64,000 nt of DNA from Lama glama (lineage: Eukaryota): contig CM052846.1 of NCBI GenBank assembly GCA_028534125.1, positions 434,001-498,000 on the forward strand, in the 5' to 3' direction. Shown here piece by piece: positions 52,201 to 64,000 of the stretch; position 1 is the first letter of the stretch; each line of letters starts with the position of its first letter. The notes under the pieces were generated by a model. The model had not been told where the DNA came from and searched no databases. It worked only from the letters and a program-made list of their open reading frames with translations. The position numbers and the translations under genes were made by a program.

Positions 52201-55200
52201 GAGCCTCGTTCCCTCACCTGTACAACAGCAGTGGCGCTGCCCCTGCCACGCAGAGCTCTCGTGACATCGGACACAACGTCCACCGGGCCCACGGCCCCGT
52301 CCGTGGTGACGGAAGCTCCTCTTACAGGTAACATTTCTGCAAGGCCACACCCTGTCCTTCCTCTTCCTTGGAGGTTTAATTTCTGACACTCACCCCATTG
52401 GGTTTCTTGGGGGCCCTCCCAGTTCCTCTCCTCATCCTTGGTATCAAGTGGAACAGAAAACTGAGCTCACGACCAGCTCGACGGCCTCTGCTTCGAACGT
52501 CCGCCAGGTGCCTGAGATCCATCCACCTGGTCTGGAGTAGCTGTTACGCTGCCGGCACATCGGGGGGTGACGGGCGGGGAGGGGACCACGTGAGGCCGTC
52601 TGGGGTCCTGGGGGCCCAGGCCGCACGGGAGAGGCTGCTGCTGGGCTGTGCTTTGTTCCCGGTGCTGCTCTGGTCCCGAGTCTCTCACTCAGCGGCCACG
52701 TCGCCCGCCGCTGCACTTGTGTTACTTTTTAAGTAGACATTGATGACATTGGCACCTCTGTTGCAGTCTTTACCTTAGCGTGTGGGCTCTGTCCCGTTTG
52801 TCGCCGTTACTATGTGCGTGCAGACGTCCCTCCTTTACGCTGGCCTCTGCCTGCTTTTCCTGCCTGGTCTGTCTCCTTACTGTCTGTCGCTGGCCCTTCC
52901 ACAAGTGGCCTTGACGCCGCCCGGGGAGAACGCCGGCTCTTCCTCGCGGGCCTCGGGCTGGAGCCCCGCAGAGCGCCAGGGAGCCGGGCGAGCTGCTCTG
53001 GGAGCCCTGGCCCCTGACCTGGCCCCGACTCTGGACCGGACTCCGAGCGCCTGGACCCGCTCGGGTGTTGGGAACAAAGAGGGCAGCCCTCCCAGCTCCC
53101 CGGGCAGAGACGCGGCCCTGGCCCCGCACAGCCTGGCCCCGGGCTTATGCAGGTGCGGCCCATCTTCTCTTCTAAACTGACGGGGGCAGAGGGCGGAGCC
53201 TGGGAAGCCCGCTGGCCTCGGAGCCCCCGTCCAGGGAACGACCGGCCGTCGTGATGTGCCGGTGGTGGGGAGACGCGGTTAATTTCTCCAGACTCAGAGG
53301 TGACCGGGTGTAATAAAGAGGATTAATGGATTTGAGCTAAAGGTCCTGGCTGTTTCAGGCAGATAGCGTCTTCCTTCTGAGACAGGCTGCAGCTTCTGTT
53401 CAGGGGCTTCTCTTCAGGGAAATGGCTTGCGCTGCCTTCTTAAAGGGCCTCCTCTGCCATCCCTCCTCCACCGACCTGCCTGAGGTGGCCTGCGCCCTTC
53501 AGCGTCCTCACAGCCAGAGGCACCGGGGCCTCCCTGTTGGCTTCAGCAACAAAGAGGCCACTTTTATTCGGCTGGTGGCCGACACCACCTCTCTGAAGAG
53601 CGTTCTGGCCACAAGCATCCGAAGCTTTAAGAATACCACATACACCCTTTTGCACAGCGAACCGACTTGCAGAACTTTATGCAGAATAATTGAGGGGCCT
53701 GCAGAGAGCCCACCAGAGAGATGCCTGGGAATGGTGACCAAGGGGGCGTCAGGAGGGGAGCAGTTAAGTGCCTTACACTGCGTTCACGCAACAGGGTGAT
53801 GGTCATTAAAAAGAGCTGTCACAGAAGCATTTTGACTTGAAATGCTTGTAAGTTCTAAGACACTAGGCAGTTAAGCTCATTTTTGTGGGAAAACGTGTGA
53901 CACGTGTGTGCTCAGGCGCGGGACGTGCAGCAGAATGACCGGTGATGTCCAGCGCGGTTTTGTTCATCCTCGCTCCCTGATTATTTCCACAGCCGTGTCA
54001 CCCGTGTGGCAGGGACAGCAGGAGAGCCCAGCTCCTCCGTATGTGCCGCCTGCCCAGCGGGGCTCCGGGCGCGGCTGCTTTCTCTCCCCTTCCTCCCCAG
54101 GGAAGCATGGGTGCGGCTCCCGGCAGGTGGGAGGTGGGGCTCTGGGTGACAGAGCTGCGAGCTGCCCCAGGTCCCAGGTGGGGACAGGCTGGCCTTTCCC
54201 AGAGGGAGCAGATCTGATCGACCCCCGGGCTGGAGCCCCGTGGCTCCTTCCGTTGTGTTCGCCCGGGGTCACCAGCGCCCATGTGGGTGATGCCCCCGCA
54301 TCCCTGAGGATCTGCTCTGAGTCCAGCTGAGGCTCCTGCCTGTCGTGGACCCCAGCCTTGGTCACTTCCCCCGAGTCTCCACCAAGCACTCGGCACTTCC
54401 ACTATCCCGCCTTAGCACTCATCCACGATTTTAGTGGGCGCTGGATCTGGGCCCTCCTGGGTAACTGCCCGCTCGCTGCTTCTCTCCGATGTTAACGCCA
54501 GGGTTACTCTCTATTTCCCCCCTTTGGTAGTTTGGTGTCGTTGTCTCCGGCTTAGTTCTCCTGCAGCCCTGGGGCGTGTCTTAGTCTCTAATGGCCTCTC
54601 TCTCTGGGCGCAGGGCCCTGTGTTGGTTTGCCGTCCGAAAAAGTCTTCTGAGCAGCGTTCTCCCAGAGATCTCAGCCTTCACGGTGTTTGTGCCCCTCCC
54701 CTGCGCTCTTACCCGCTCGCTGTGGCCAACAGTTGAGAAAGGGTGCAGAGCTGATTTGGAATGAGCTTGCCTCCTGGGGCTCGGAACTGAAAGGGGGAGA
54801 AAAAGGCAGGGCAGGCCGTCAGCGCTGAGCCCCCCGGGACGTGGGCCTCTCCCGGCGGTCATGGCCACCTGGCGGGGAGGGTGCCGCCAGCCGTGCCGGC
54901 AGTTTAGGGATGGGGACCCCTCGCCCGCGCCCCTCACGTCCACGGACTCCACGAGGGTGCCTGGCTGAGTGTTTTCTTAGAGCAGGACGGAGGTCATGAG
55001 GGCCACCTGCTGGGAGGACGAGCGTATCTGGACACGGACACGGGGTGGCTCTCCCGAGTTAACTGAGCGATGCAGGTTCACGCGTACTTACTGCAGCTCC
55101 CCTCCCGCCCCGGCGGTTAGGGGTTAACCAGCGTGGAGGCGCCCGTGAGTCCTGGCAGAAGGACGCCGTGCTGCTGTTCCGGGGTTCCCCTCATCTGGGG

Positions 55201-55429
55201 TCCTGGTCCTCTTACTTTTCTGGCCCCATTTTCTCAGGGCGAGTCTGTTCTGCTCGCTGACCTGCAGACGCCCGATCCTTCCCCTTTTGAAATGCCTCGC
55301 CCATTTCTCCCTGTGCCCGGGCGGAGGGTCTTCCCCGGGGGGCTCCACAGCCCACGGCGCTGGGTCACGTCTGGGTCGGGTGGTTTCCTGGGTCTGTGTT
55401 CCGTCTCTCCCAGGCCCCCTCTTGCCCCT

Positions 55430-55968
55430 CAGTGGTGAGTGATGGACTGTGGCCCGTCCAGACAGTGGCTGTTGCTCAGTGCTGAGAAGGAACGAGCTAT
55501 GAAACCATGAAAAAAGACACGGAAAAACAACATAAATGCATGTTGCTGAGGAAAGGACGCCGATCTGAGGAGGCCAAACACTACACTCCAGCCGTGGGGC
55601 TTTCCAGACGGGGAACTGCAGCCAGCGAAGGGTCCGTGGCGGCCGGCCGCTGGGGGAGGCGCGGCCCGGCGGAGCGCAGAGGGCTCTCAGGGCAGCGAAT
55701 CTGCCCTGTGTGACGTTGTAGTGACGGACGCACGTCCTCCACGCCCGTCCAAGCCCGGGGAACACACACCAGGAGCGAGCCCCGTTTAAACTGGACTCTG
55801 GGTGACGCTGGGTCCACACGGGTTCAGCTGCGCCAAACGTACCATCCGGGGCGGGGGGTGCTGATAATCCGGGAGGCTGAGTGTGTGTGGGGTAGGGGCT
55901 TTAGGGAAGTTTCTGAATCCTCCTTTCAGCTTTGCTGTGAATGTAAAACTGCTCTGAAAAAAATAAGT
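55430..55968 (+). mobile_element. L1MC-type LINE 3' end
   Basis: 'catgaaaaagacacgga', 'taaatgcatgttgctgag', 'aaactggactctgggtga' and 'tttgctgtgaatgtaaaactgctctgaaaaaaataagtc' form the characteristic L1MC 3' UTR. Confidence 0.8.
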
Positions 55969-56369
55969 CGTGAAAATAACCCCTGATCTGAAGCATTTGG
56001 TGATTCCGGGGTCCAAACCTTCTTCCACGGCCGATCTCAAGCCACCAACGTACGTAAGTGAGGCCCCCGAGGCCCCACTAGCACGACAGTCACTTTGCCG
56101 TCCGCCAAGCCCCCACACGCACAAGTCTCTTTCTAGACTGTCACTCAGACGCCATTGATCTATTTGTCCCCACCACCGAACCGGAGTGCTTGTGATTACG
56201 GCAGCTTGGTTAGTTTAATAAATGTTCCTCCAAACTAATTTCTTATCGATCAGCCAAGCACAGGCTCACTGGGATTTGGATTTAGGTTACTTTAAATGTG
56301 TGCACACACGCACACGCGCACACACAGAGCGAGCATGCCCACCGTACCGAGACTTCCCAGTAAGTCCGC

Positions 56370-57600
56370 ACATCCAGTCGGTGTTTATTTAGAGTCTGTT
56401 TTGTGCCAGAAATGGCCGTTGGCTCTGGGACGGACAAGACTGCCGAGTTCCAGCTCTTACAGACACTTGCGTCCTGGGGGCGAGGTCGGGAAGGTGGGGG
56501 TGAGCAGAGGGTCATGCCCACTTCGAACGGCGTGAATTTGGCGACGGTGTGTAAAACAGAGCAGGACCAAGAGGGAGTGTCTGCTGTGGGTCGTTGACTC
56601 AGAAGCCTCGCTGAGCGTGACGTTTTCACTGAGGCCTGATCACAGGCAGACACGGAAAGAAAAACCTGGGAGCGTTCTGGAGAGAACCGCAGGGCAGAGC
56701 CCCTTCGTGGGGCACCGCCTTGTCGGCTTCGAGAGATTGAAAAAGGCCGGTGGGGAGCGTGTGCGAGTGATCAGAGAAGGAGACGACGCACTCGCGCAGG
56801 GCCTCTGGGCCGCAGTGAGGGGTTTGGACGTTATTCTGAACACGACTGAGGACCTGTGGGGGGCTGTGTGAGGGGAGCGGCTCCGTTTACGACTTAGCAG
56901 CTCACTCTGGCTTCTGTGACAAGAGGAGGCGACGTGTGTGTTAGGAGAGGAGAGACGGGCATTCAGGGGTGGCTGTGTGATCAGGGTGGAAGGTGGCGGC
57001 CCGGGGAGCGGTGGAGGTGAGAGATGCCAGCGGGTTCGGCGAATATTCTGGAAGATGGGCTGGAGAGCTTTCTGATGCACGTGCTGTGGGGAGTGAGGGG
57101 CCAGGGACGAGGCGTGGCTGCAACGACTTCAGGCTGAGAAACGGCCCCAACGGGAAGATGGGAGAGGGGGCACACGGTCCACCCGCAGTCCTCTGTGGGT
57201 GCTGTGTTTGCTCAGAGACACCATCCGAGCAGGGGCGTCAGGAAGGAGGTTGGCGTCCCGCGTCCTGGGGAGGGTTCTGCTGGAGGCCAGGGGTGGAGAT
57301 CAGGGCTCTGAGGACCCTCAGTGCACGGCTGCCCTTAAGCCTCCGGTTTGGACGAGGTTCCCCGGGGAGAGGCCCATGAGGCCTGAGGACGCCCACGTGG
57401 AGGGGGAGACGGCAAAGCCGGCTGTGAAGGGGCAGGGACTGAGGCGGGAAGGAGACGGCGGTGCAGCTCTGAGTAAGACGAGGGGGGGATTTGAGAAGAG
57501 GTGGCCCCTGAGGGACGTGGTGGCAGCCAGGCTGGGTGAGAGTGGGGAACCGGTGATGGGGAACCTTTCCCGGGGTCACTGAAGTGAGGTGCTGAGCTCA
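56370..57600 (-). mobile_element. L2 LINE fragment(s)
   Basis: 'gtgtttatttagagtctgttttgtgccag', then 'gtttggacgttattctga...gctcactctggcttctgtg', antisense L2 motifs. Confidence 0.6.
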
Positions 57601-57649
57601 GAAGCTTGACGGCCGTTGAGGACAGAAGGGGCATGACGAAGCTGAGACC

Positions 57650-58242
57650 CAGCCCACGCTCGCCGGTGGCAGTGGCTTTATTCCGCAGAGTCCCTGCGGA
57701 CACTGTGTCCACGACTGTGGGACCGCTGCTCCCGGAGGGGCTGGGGTCATGTTCCCGGGACCCTCTGGCTACAGCCCTCCCTCGGCTGACCCGCACAGAA
57801 ATCGTGCCCGTTTCTGGTGAGGACACCGTATTGACTCATTACCACTGAAGTCACGGCCAGAAGCACTGGAGCTCGTACCCGAACGGAGTTACCGGACACA
57901 CATCTTCTCCAGAAGGCGCCTGCCGGCTTTCTTGCTCTCGGGGACTCTCGAAGGCACTTCAGCACTGTGCTTGGGGGCTGTTTTAAGCAGTGGAATCACC
58001 AAAAAACGGCACCAAAATGGGGGAAATGTGGTGCTGAGTATTCTAAGGAAGGGACACCTGTTTAGCGCGTGGTCGCTGAGACGAGAGGGCGTGTGTGTCA
58101 GGGCGAGTCAGTCCGTGCTGCTCCGCACGTGCCCATGGGGGCCTGCAGACGTGCCGGGGGTGTTGAGTCTGGGGCCACAGGCAGCTTCTAGCAAACAGAC
58201 GGATTTGCATGTGTGGAGCCCGTGCATGGCGAGGCCTGGCTG
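57650..58242 (-). mobile_element. Near full-length MER82-like (TcMar-Tigger) element
   Basis: 'tcacggccagaagcact', 'gcacttcagcactgtgcttgggggc', 'aatcaccaaaa' and 'ggacacctgttta' are colinear with the recalled MER82 reverse complement. CAG...CTG termini. Confidence 0.8.
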
Positions 58243-61200
58243 CACTGACCAAAGGCCCTTCTCTGGGGACGTGTTGCTGCAAGGTGCGGCATGGCGATGG
58301 GGCCTTCTTTTATTTTGCTTTTAAAAACCTGGGTAATGCTACAGTGTGTTTTCAGGGTGGGAGGGCTCACCCAGGACAGAGAGAAACCCGATGGTGACGC
58401 GTGGCCAGCACAGTCTTCAGTAAGATGGGGTGAGGGGTCCAGGTCCTCGCTGCAGGAGGACGCTCTGATCAGAGAAGAAACGTGGCAACGTCCGTCACCC
58501 AGGGCGCCCTTTCGATGTCCTCTTGCGTATTTTATAACTCAGTTCACATGGGTCCTCGCATTTCTTACTATTCCTAGGCACGCTGTATCACTTCTGATGG
58601 GAGACCCAAGGTCTTACATGTGCTTTGTTTTGTTGAAAGGTTATGAGCCCCACCCCACATGACTTCACTTCCCCCCGCCCCTTTTCCCGTTTCCTAATCT
58701 CAGCCTGTCGAAATTCCAGCGTTTTCTCAGTCTTGCTGCAGACGGACCTCTAATGCTGTACTTGTCGTCCCAGCCGATTGCTCACACCTGGAAGGAACTT
58801 TTAAATAAACGGTGGGTTTCGGCCGAGACTGAAGGGGCGTGGTGTTCCGTGGACTTCCCCTGTGGAACGACGCCCCGGATGGCCTGAGCACTTTTCTTCC
58901 TGTCTAACGGCTCCATCAGTTTCTGTGATCCTGGGGGGTGGGTACGATGGGCAGACCGTGGTCCTGGTGCCGGATCTGCTCAGAGAGCTGTGTGGCCATC
59001 GGCCAGTCACATCCCCTCTCTGGGCTCCGCGTTCTCTGTTACAGGACGAGCTGGTTAGACCCCTCTGAGGACTCGGCAGGCGCTGATGTTACTCTGATTA
59101 CGGGAAGCCCTTTGGGGGCAGAGCAGGTCGTGCATTTTTGCAGCAGAAGCGGTCCAGTGAACGTCTCCTGAATCGAATTAGCTTCATGATGAAATCCGGG
59201 CCCCAGATCTGTGCTGCACGTTCACGCCACACACTTAAACTCTACAAGGCTGTTAGCAGCCGTGGGTGATGTTACCTCAGCAGTAACCTCACTCCTCCTT
59301 GTGACCTGTGTCTGCGCAGCCCTGGCCGGGTCCCCACGTGTCCCTGCCCCCGCGGTGCGAGCACAGGCCCTTGCGCTCTGAGTGACCCAGGGAGACGAGG
59401 TGGTGAGGCCTGTGCAGACCCTCAGACTGAGCAGCTCGTTTAGATAAGTCATCCAGTCACCTCGCTCACGTTGTGCCAGCTCTTCTGGGGCCCTGCGGGG
59501 GTCACCGTCAAGCTTCAGAAGGACCACCATAGTCTGAGCCTCTGTAAGCCGTGTGCCGTCAGTGCAGGAGGTCAGAGCGGAGCATCCACGCGTCGCTCCG
59601 TGGGGCGCCGAGTTAGTGGGGTGATCTCGGGGGAGAGGTGGTGCTGCAGGAAACGTGGTCGGCAAGAGCTCCGTGGGGGGTGCGCGTTTACTCTAGACTT
59701 GGGGAGAATGTTAGGATTTTATCCTCAGAAAGAGATGAGAGGTGCTGCCTGAGGGTGTAAGTGCCTCCCGATGAGGGGGGAGCAGTGCACAACCCGAGTC
59801 ACAGCGAGGACCGTGGGACCAGCTGTCGGCAGGTCCCCGGAGGCCTCTTGGCCACAACCGTGGTCGGATACAGGCGGTGCCGGTACCTGGTGACCTGGAG
59901 CCCAGAACAGGTTGGGGCAGGGGTTCAGGTGAGGTTCGGAGGCTGCTGCCGGGTTCGAGGCCTGGGTCCGCCCCTCGTGGATGTGAATGAGGGTGCGTCA
60001 GGGAACCACGTGGACCCCAGTCTCCTCGTCTGTACAATGAAGCTGGGTTCAGTGGTGCCGCCCTCACAGGACGTGAGGGACCTGAGAGACTCAGGATTGA
60101 CAGGAGATGCCTGCCCGCCTCCGAGGGATCGACAGACAAGCCCTGAGCAGCTTTAGATCCAAGTGACCGAGACAGACCCAGTGATCAGGGTGGGGGCAGC
60201 CGGGAGGTGCTTGGCTACTTGCCTCCACAAGGAGAGGGGTTGGTGTCTGCGTGGGGAGCCCGGGGTGCTGGGTCTTGGGCCGGGGCTCACAGGCAGGCAG
60301 GCAGAGACCCCTGAGGTCAGGAAGAGCCCCCTGTGGAACGTCCCTCCCTTTCCTGCTGATGCAGCCACAGGATGACGTCCTGGGCTGGCTCCTGGCGGGG
60401 AAGCTTCGGGGTCCCAGGCCTTCCCGAGGCCAGGCCAGGTCACGAGGCTGTCGCTGAGACGCTGCTGGTGGCTCTGAGCAGGGATGCCGCCCGATGGCAC
60501 TGAAGTGTCGGGAGTACGGGCCAGCCACGGGGTGACGTTCTCTGGTGGCCAGTGTGGACCACCGCGTGCGGGGCAGGTTCCAGCGCGGAGCTCACTGGGG
60601 AAGTGCGGGTAGGTCGGGGTACAGCCGGGCAGGGGCCTCGCTCGGCGGCGTGGGCGGGGCTGGGTGCACCCTGCTGCCCTGGAGCTGAGTCGCTGCAGGG
60701 TGTGCTTGGAGCACTGCCTCCTGGCCTCCGAGCCCCTGCCACACACGCAGGGCCCTTGTGCGGGGACGCCCCACCGCGCACCAGAGTCTAGGGCGAGGCG
60801 TCCTGCCGGGCTGCAGTTCTGGTCCCCCGGGCAACACGGACAGTGGGGAAGCCCAGGGTGCTAACTTGCCTGGCCCAGCTCCTCCTTCAGCCCTCTCTGC
60901 TCACAACCCAGGGGGAGGTGGGAGAGCCCGGCCAAGAACGTCCCTTCTGTTTGGTGTGGCGAGCCGACACCGGTGCCCAAAGACAGCTGTGTGTTGCGGT
61001 GGCCCTGAGCTGTGCGCAGGAATCGTGCTTGTGGCCTCGGCCCCCGCTCTGACCCTGGGGGCCTGGGGTGGCGTGCAGGCGCGGGCCTCTGCCGTCCACC
61101 CCCTCGTGGCTCAGGGGCAGGCGGCCACAGGCCACGGGGGGACTGATGACTCTGAGTCTTGCCGTGGGCCACGCATGCATGGAGCTCGTAGTAAGTTACT

Positions 61201-61244
61201 GTTTTTAATCCTTATGCATCTTTTAGATTGAGCACCGTTATTAT

Positions 61245-61345
61245 CTTTATTTTACAGATTGGGGGGGAAAAAAGCAGCCAGACAGCCCTGAGGCTTGGGC
61301 AGATTAAGTGATTTGCCCAAGATGACGACACCCTGAGTGACAGGC
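61245..61345 (-). mobile_element. MIR fragment
   Basis: 'tattttacagat', 'ctgaggcttgggcagattaagtgatttgcccaagat'. Confidence 0.65.
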
Positions 61346-62119
61346 TGGGGCCCGCTTTGCGGGTGAGCCGCCCTGCACGTCACTGCCCTCAGGAGCTGCG
61401 GTCAGGGAGTTCATGAGGTGGCGGGGAACGAGGACCAGGGTGAAAAATGGACAGGGCTTCTGCTCCCAGGGGATTCACAGTCTAAAACCAGAGGCCCGGC
61501 AGAAGCAAGTGTTAAATGAGGAAACATGTAATTGAAGTGTCAAAATAGTATATCAGATGGAAACACGGGGCAGAGATGATTATTTTTTTCCCAGTTTGTC
61601 TATAGCTCAGGTCGGTCTCGATGGCCTTTGAAGGTGGGAGATCCCGTACTCCAATTACAGGTCTGTCATTTGTCTTACACAACTCCTGGGAGGAAGGTGG
61701 CTTGAAAGACATCAGTCCCTCGACAACACGCAGTGGTCCCTGTGAGCCCTGGCGGCCCCGCCCCCACGGCATCTTGGACGCCCGCAGGGTCCGCTTGCTG
61801 GGGACGCATCCACCTCTCTCCTCCCAAATCCAGGCTGATGCCCCGCGGCCCGACGGCGGTGGTGTCTCCATCGGCCTCTTCAGTAACGCAGACCCTGGCC
61901 TCTAAAGGGAGGAAGGGCTGGGACCCTGGGGACCCTGGGTACCCTGGGTGGGGGGAGCAGAGTCAAGCTGGACGGTGAGTCTGGGGAGAGGCGGGAGGCG
62001 GCCGCGTTGGAAGCCCGTGCCCTCCACCCTCCTGCTGCCTCTTTAGGCGGGGGCGGCCCCTGGCGACGTGGGGTCTGCCCTTTCACCTGGGCCCACCCTG
62101 TCTGGGCACATTTGCCCCT

Positions 62120-62320
62120 TTTCCAATAAAGACAAACCAACATGAAATCTATAATTATCACTACTAATTCCACTTAATTAGTCACAAGCCAGCAGCCAAA
62201 TTGGCTTTCTCGTAATTATCTGATAAGCAGTAAGCACATCTCGTAGATTATAATTAACACTACTTAATTAAAACCTAACATACATACACCCTTTCCTCAA
62301 AATACATCTAATTGGGTTCA
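62120..62320. promoter_or_regulatory. Candidate homeodomain-driven developmental enhancer
   Basis: AT-rich island in GC-rich DNA with five TAATTA, two CTAATT, CCAATAAA, CACTTAA and an inverted GATA pair. Not recognisable as a repeat. Confidence 0.55.
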
Positions 62321-64000
62321 TAACAGCAGCAGATAAGAACTCTTCCTTGGTCCCCCATCCCCACCCCAGGATTTCGCGTATCTGCGCTTCCAGCCCCCGG
62401 AGAGAACCGAGATGGGTTACAGGCGCTTTGGCTGATGGATTCCTTGCGGCAACTTACATACTTACTCCTCGGGGGACGGAGGAAAGTCGCTGGTCTCTCC
62501 CCTCTCTCGAAGTGTCTCCCCCAAACTGAGAAATGCCCGGCCCCCGACGGCCGCTCGCTGGTTCAGGCCGCACGCCAGGGACACTTGAGCTTCCCGCCTG
62601 GGCTCCTCTGCCTCTGTCCTGCCGCAGGCAGCGTCAGAAATCCCTGTCCACCTCTAAACTGGGAAGAAACCCCTCTCAGACTTCCTGGCAAGATGTTTGG
62701 AAATGAATGGGGTCCAGAGCCGTTTTGAAGTTATGAGTGGCGGTGATGGCGTCTCCACCCGCTTCCATCTCGGGCTGAGCTGAGGGCGGCGGGCGTCTGG
62801 GCCTGCGGGCGCTGGCTGGGGTGAGAGGGCGGACCGTTCAGCGTCTTGAAAGTGCAAAGGCTCTATTCCTGGTGAGACCGCTGGCCACCCGTTGCTCAGA
62901 GACGAGTTCAGAGAGCGGGTTCCAGAGGACCCCGGCGGTGGTGACTTCCTGGCCTTCGTGAGCTCGTGTGACACCAACGGGGCGGCAGGGAGCCTCGGCC
63001 ATGCCCCTGGGGGGAGATGGACCAGGGGGACGTGGACCCTCCTGGCGCAGTGGCCTGCACCGAGGGTCCACACAGACGGGAGGGAGGAGGGAGGTGGCGC
63101 CCACCGGCGCCGTGCGCTTCCCAGGCTGTCCTGCCGGGCTCGGTGCCTCTCCCTGTCATCTCCTAGTTGTCTCACTTTTCTCCGTGCCTGCTCTGGCACC
63201 AGGAAATGGAAGGCAGGAATGCGTGGTTTCTGCTTCGATCCCTAGCGTTGGGGGATTACTGGTCACGTTTCAGAGTCTCAGACGAGGCCTGGGACAGTCA
63301 GCTGAGGTGGGGCGGTGGCAGGAGGACTGGAACCAACTGTCCTCCAGGCGCTCACTGCTCGCCCTCCTCCCAGACACTCCTGCCGCCGCGCGTCGCTGTC
63401 CTGCACCTGCGCTTCCGGTTCTCAGGGCAGCGCCTGGGTTAGTGCGCCCGCTGCCGGGCCCTCACCCACTCCGTGCATCCCAGCAGCTACTGAGTGCCCC
63501 GCGTGTGCCGGTTAACGGGTGGACGGATGAATGTCCCATGGCTACTTTCCTGCTGAAAAAAAGGGCCAACTACTGCACAGGGAAAATACTGCATCCCGAG
63601 CTGTGAGATTGACCTCATCTTCACGGCCACTAACTTTCTCCCCGGATCCTGTCTTGGATCAGGAAAGTCTCACCCCCGACAGCGATCGGAGGGGCAATGT
63701 CCACCGACAAAGTGTCCTGGTATTCCTCCCCACCCGCCTCCTTCTCTCTGTCCCCGGTCAGACCGTTGGGCCAGTGGGCCGTCGTTGGCAGCGCAGCCTG
63801 GCTTTGGGGAAGGAGTCGGATGTCGAGCTGCCCGTTTGTTCGTGGGCCACCGGGAGGGGCTGCAAAGGCCTTGGAGGATGAGCCTGCGTGTTGAAAATTG
63901 CCTTCGTGGCTTTTGGCCCTGGTCCCATTTTCTCCTTGTATCTTGGGTTCCTGTTGCCTCGGCCAGGCTGGGTGGTGGTGACAGCTGTGTGGACACAGGG

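Noticed and set aside
1-64000. CpG island or gene promoter call, and host gene identity
   Set aside because: CpG is diffusely high throughout, including inside repeats. No discrete island stands out and no exon allows a gene to be named.

Overview
This is GC- and CpG-rich mammalian non-coding DNA, very probably camelid, judged from three tRNA-derived Vic-1-type SINEs. It has three assembly gaps (7019-7633, 23088-23250, 29033-29532). I recognise no protein-coding exon, RNA gene, CRISPR array or prokaryote-type system. The many short ORFs look like chance products of high GC, and the longest only bridge N runs. The window is a mosaic of old transposon fossils (L1M, HAL1, L2, MIR, Tigger/MER82, MER20, MER5), two solo ERV1-type LTRs, two 5'-inverted L1 stubs and short minisatellites. 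Between them lie AT-rich, homeodomain-motif-dense islands that look like developmental enhancers. Three signals stand out: (i) a CCAAT/octamer-rich solo LTR with an inverted copy of its own TATA/start segment just outside it, a candidate bidirectional promoter; (ii) a dense TAATTA cluster with an internally duplicated module at about 62.2 kb; (iii) apparent AT-to-GC erosion of repeats. Repeat family names come from my recall of consensus sequences, not from a search, and boundaries without a TSD are approximate.
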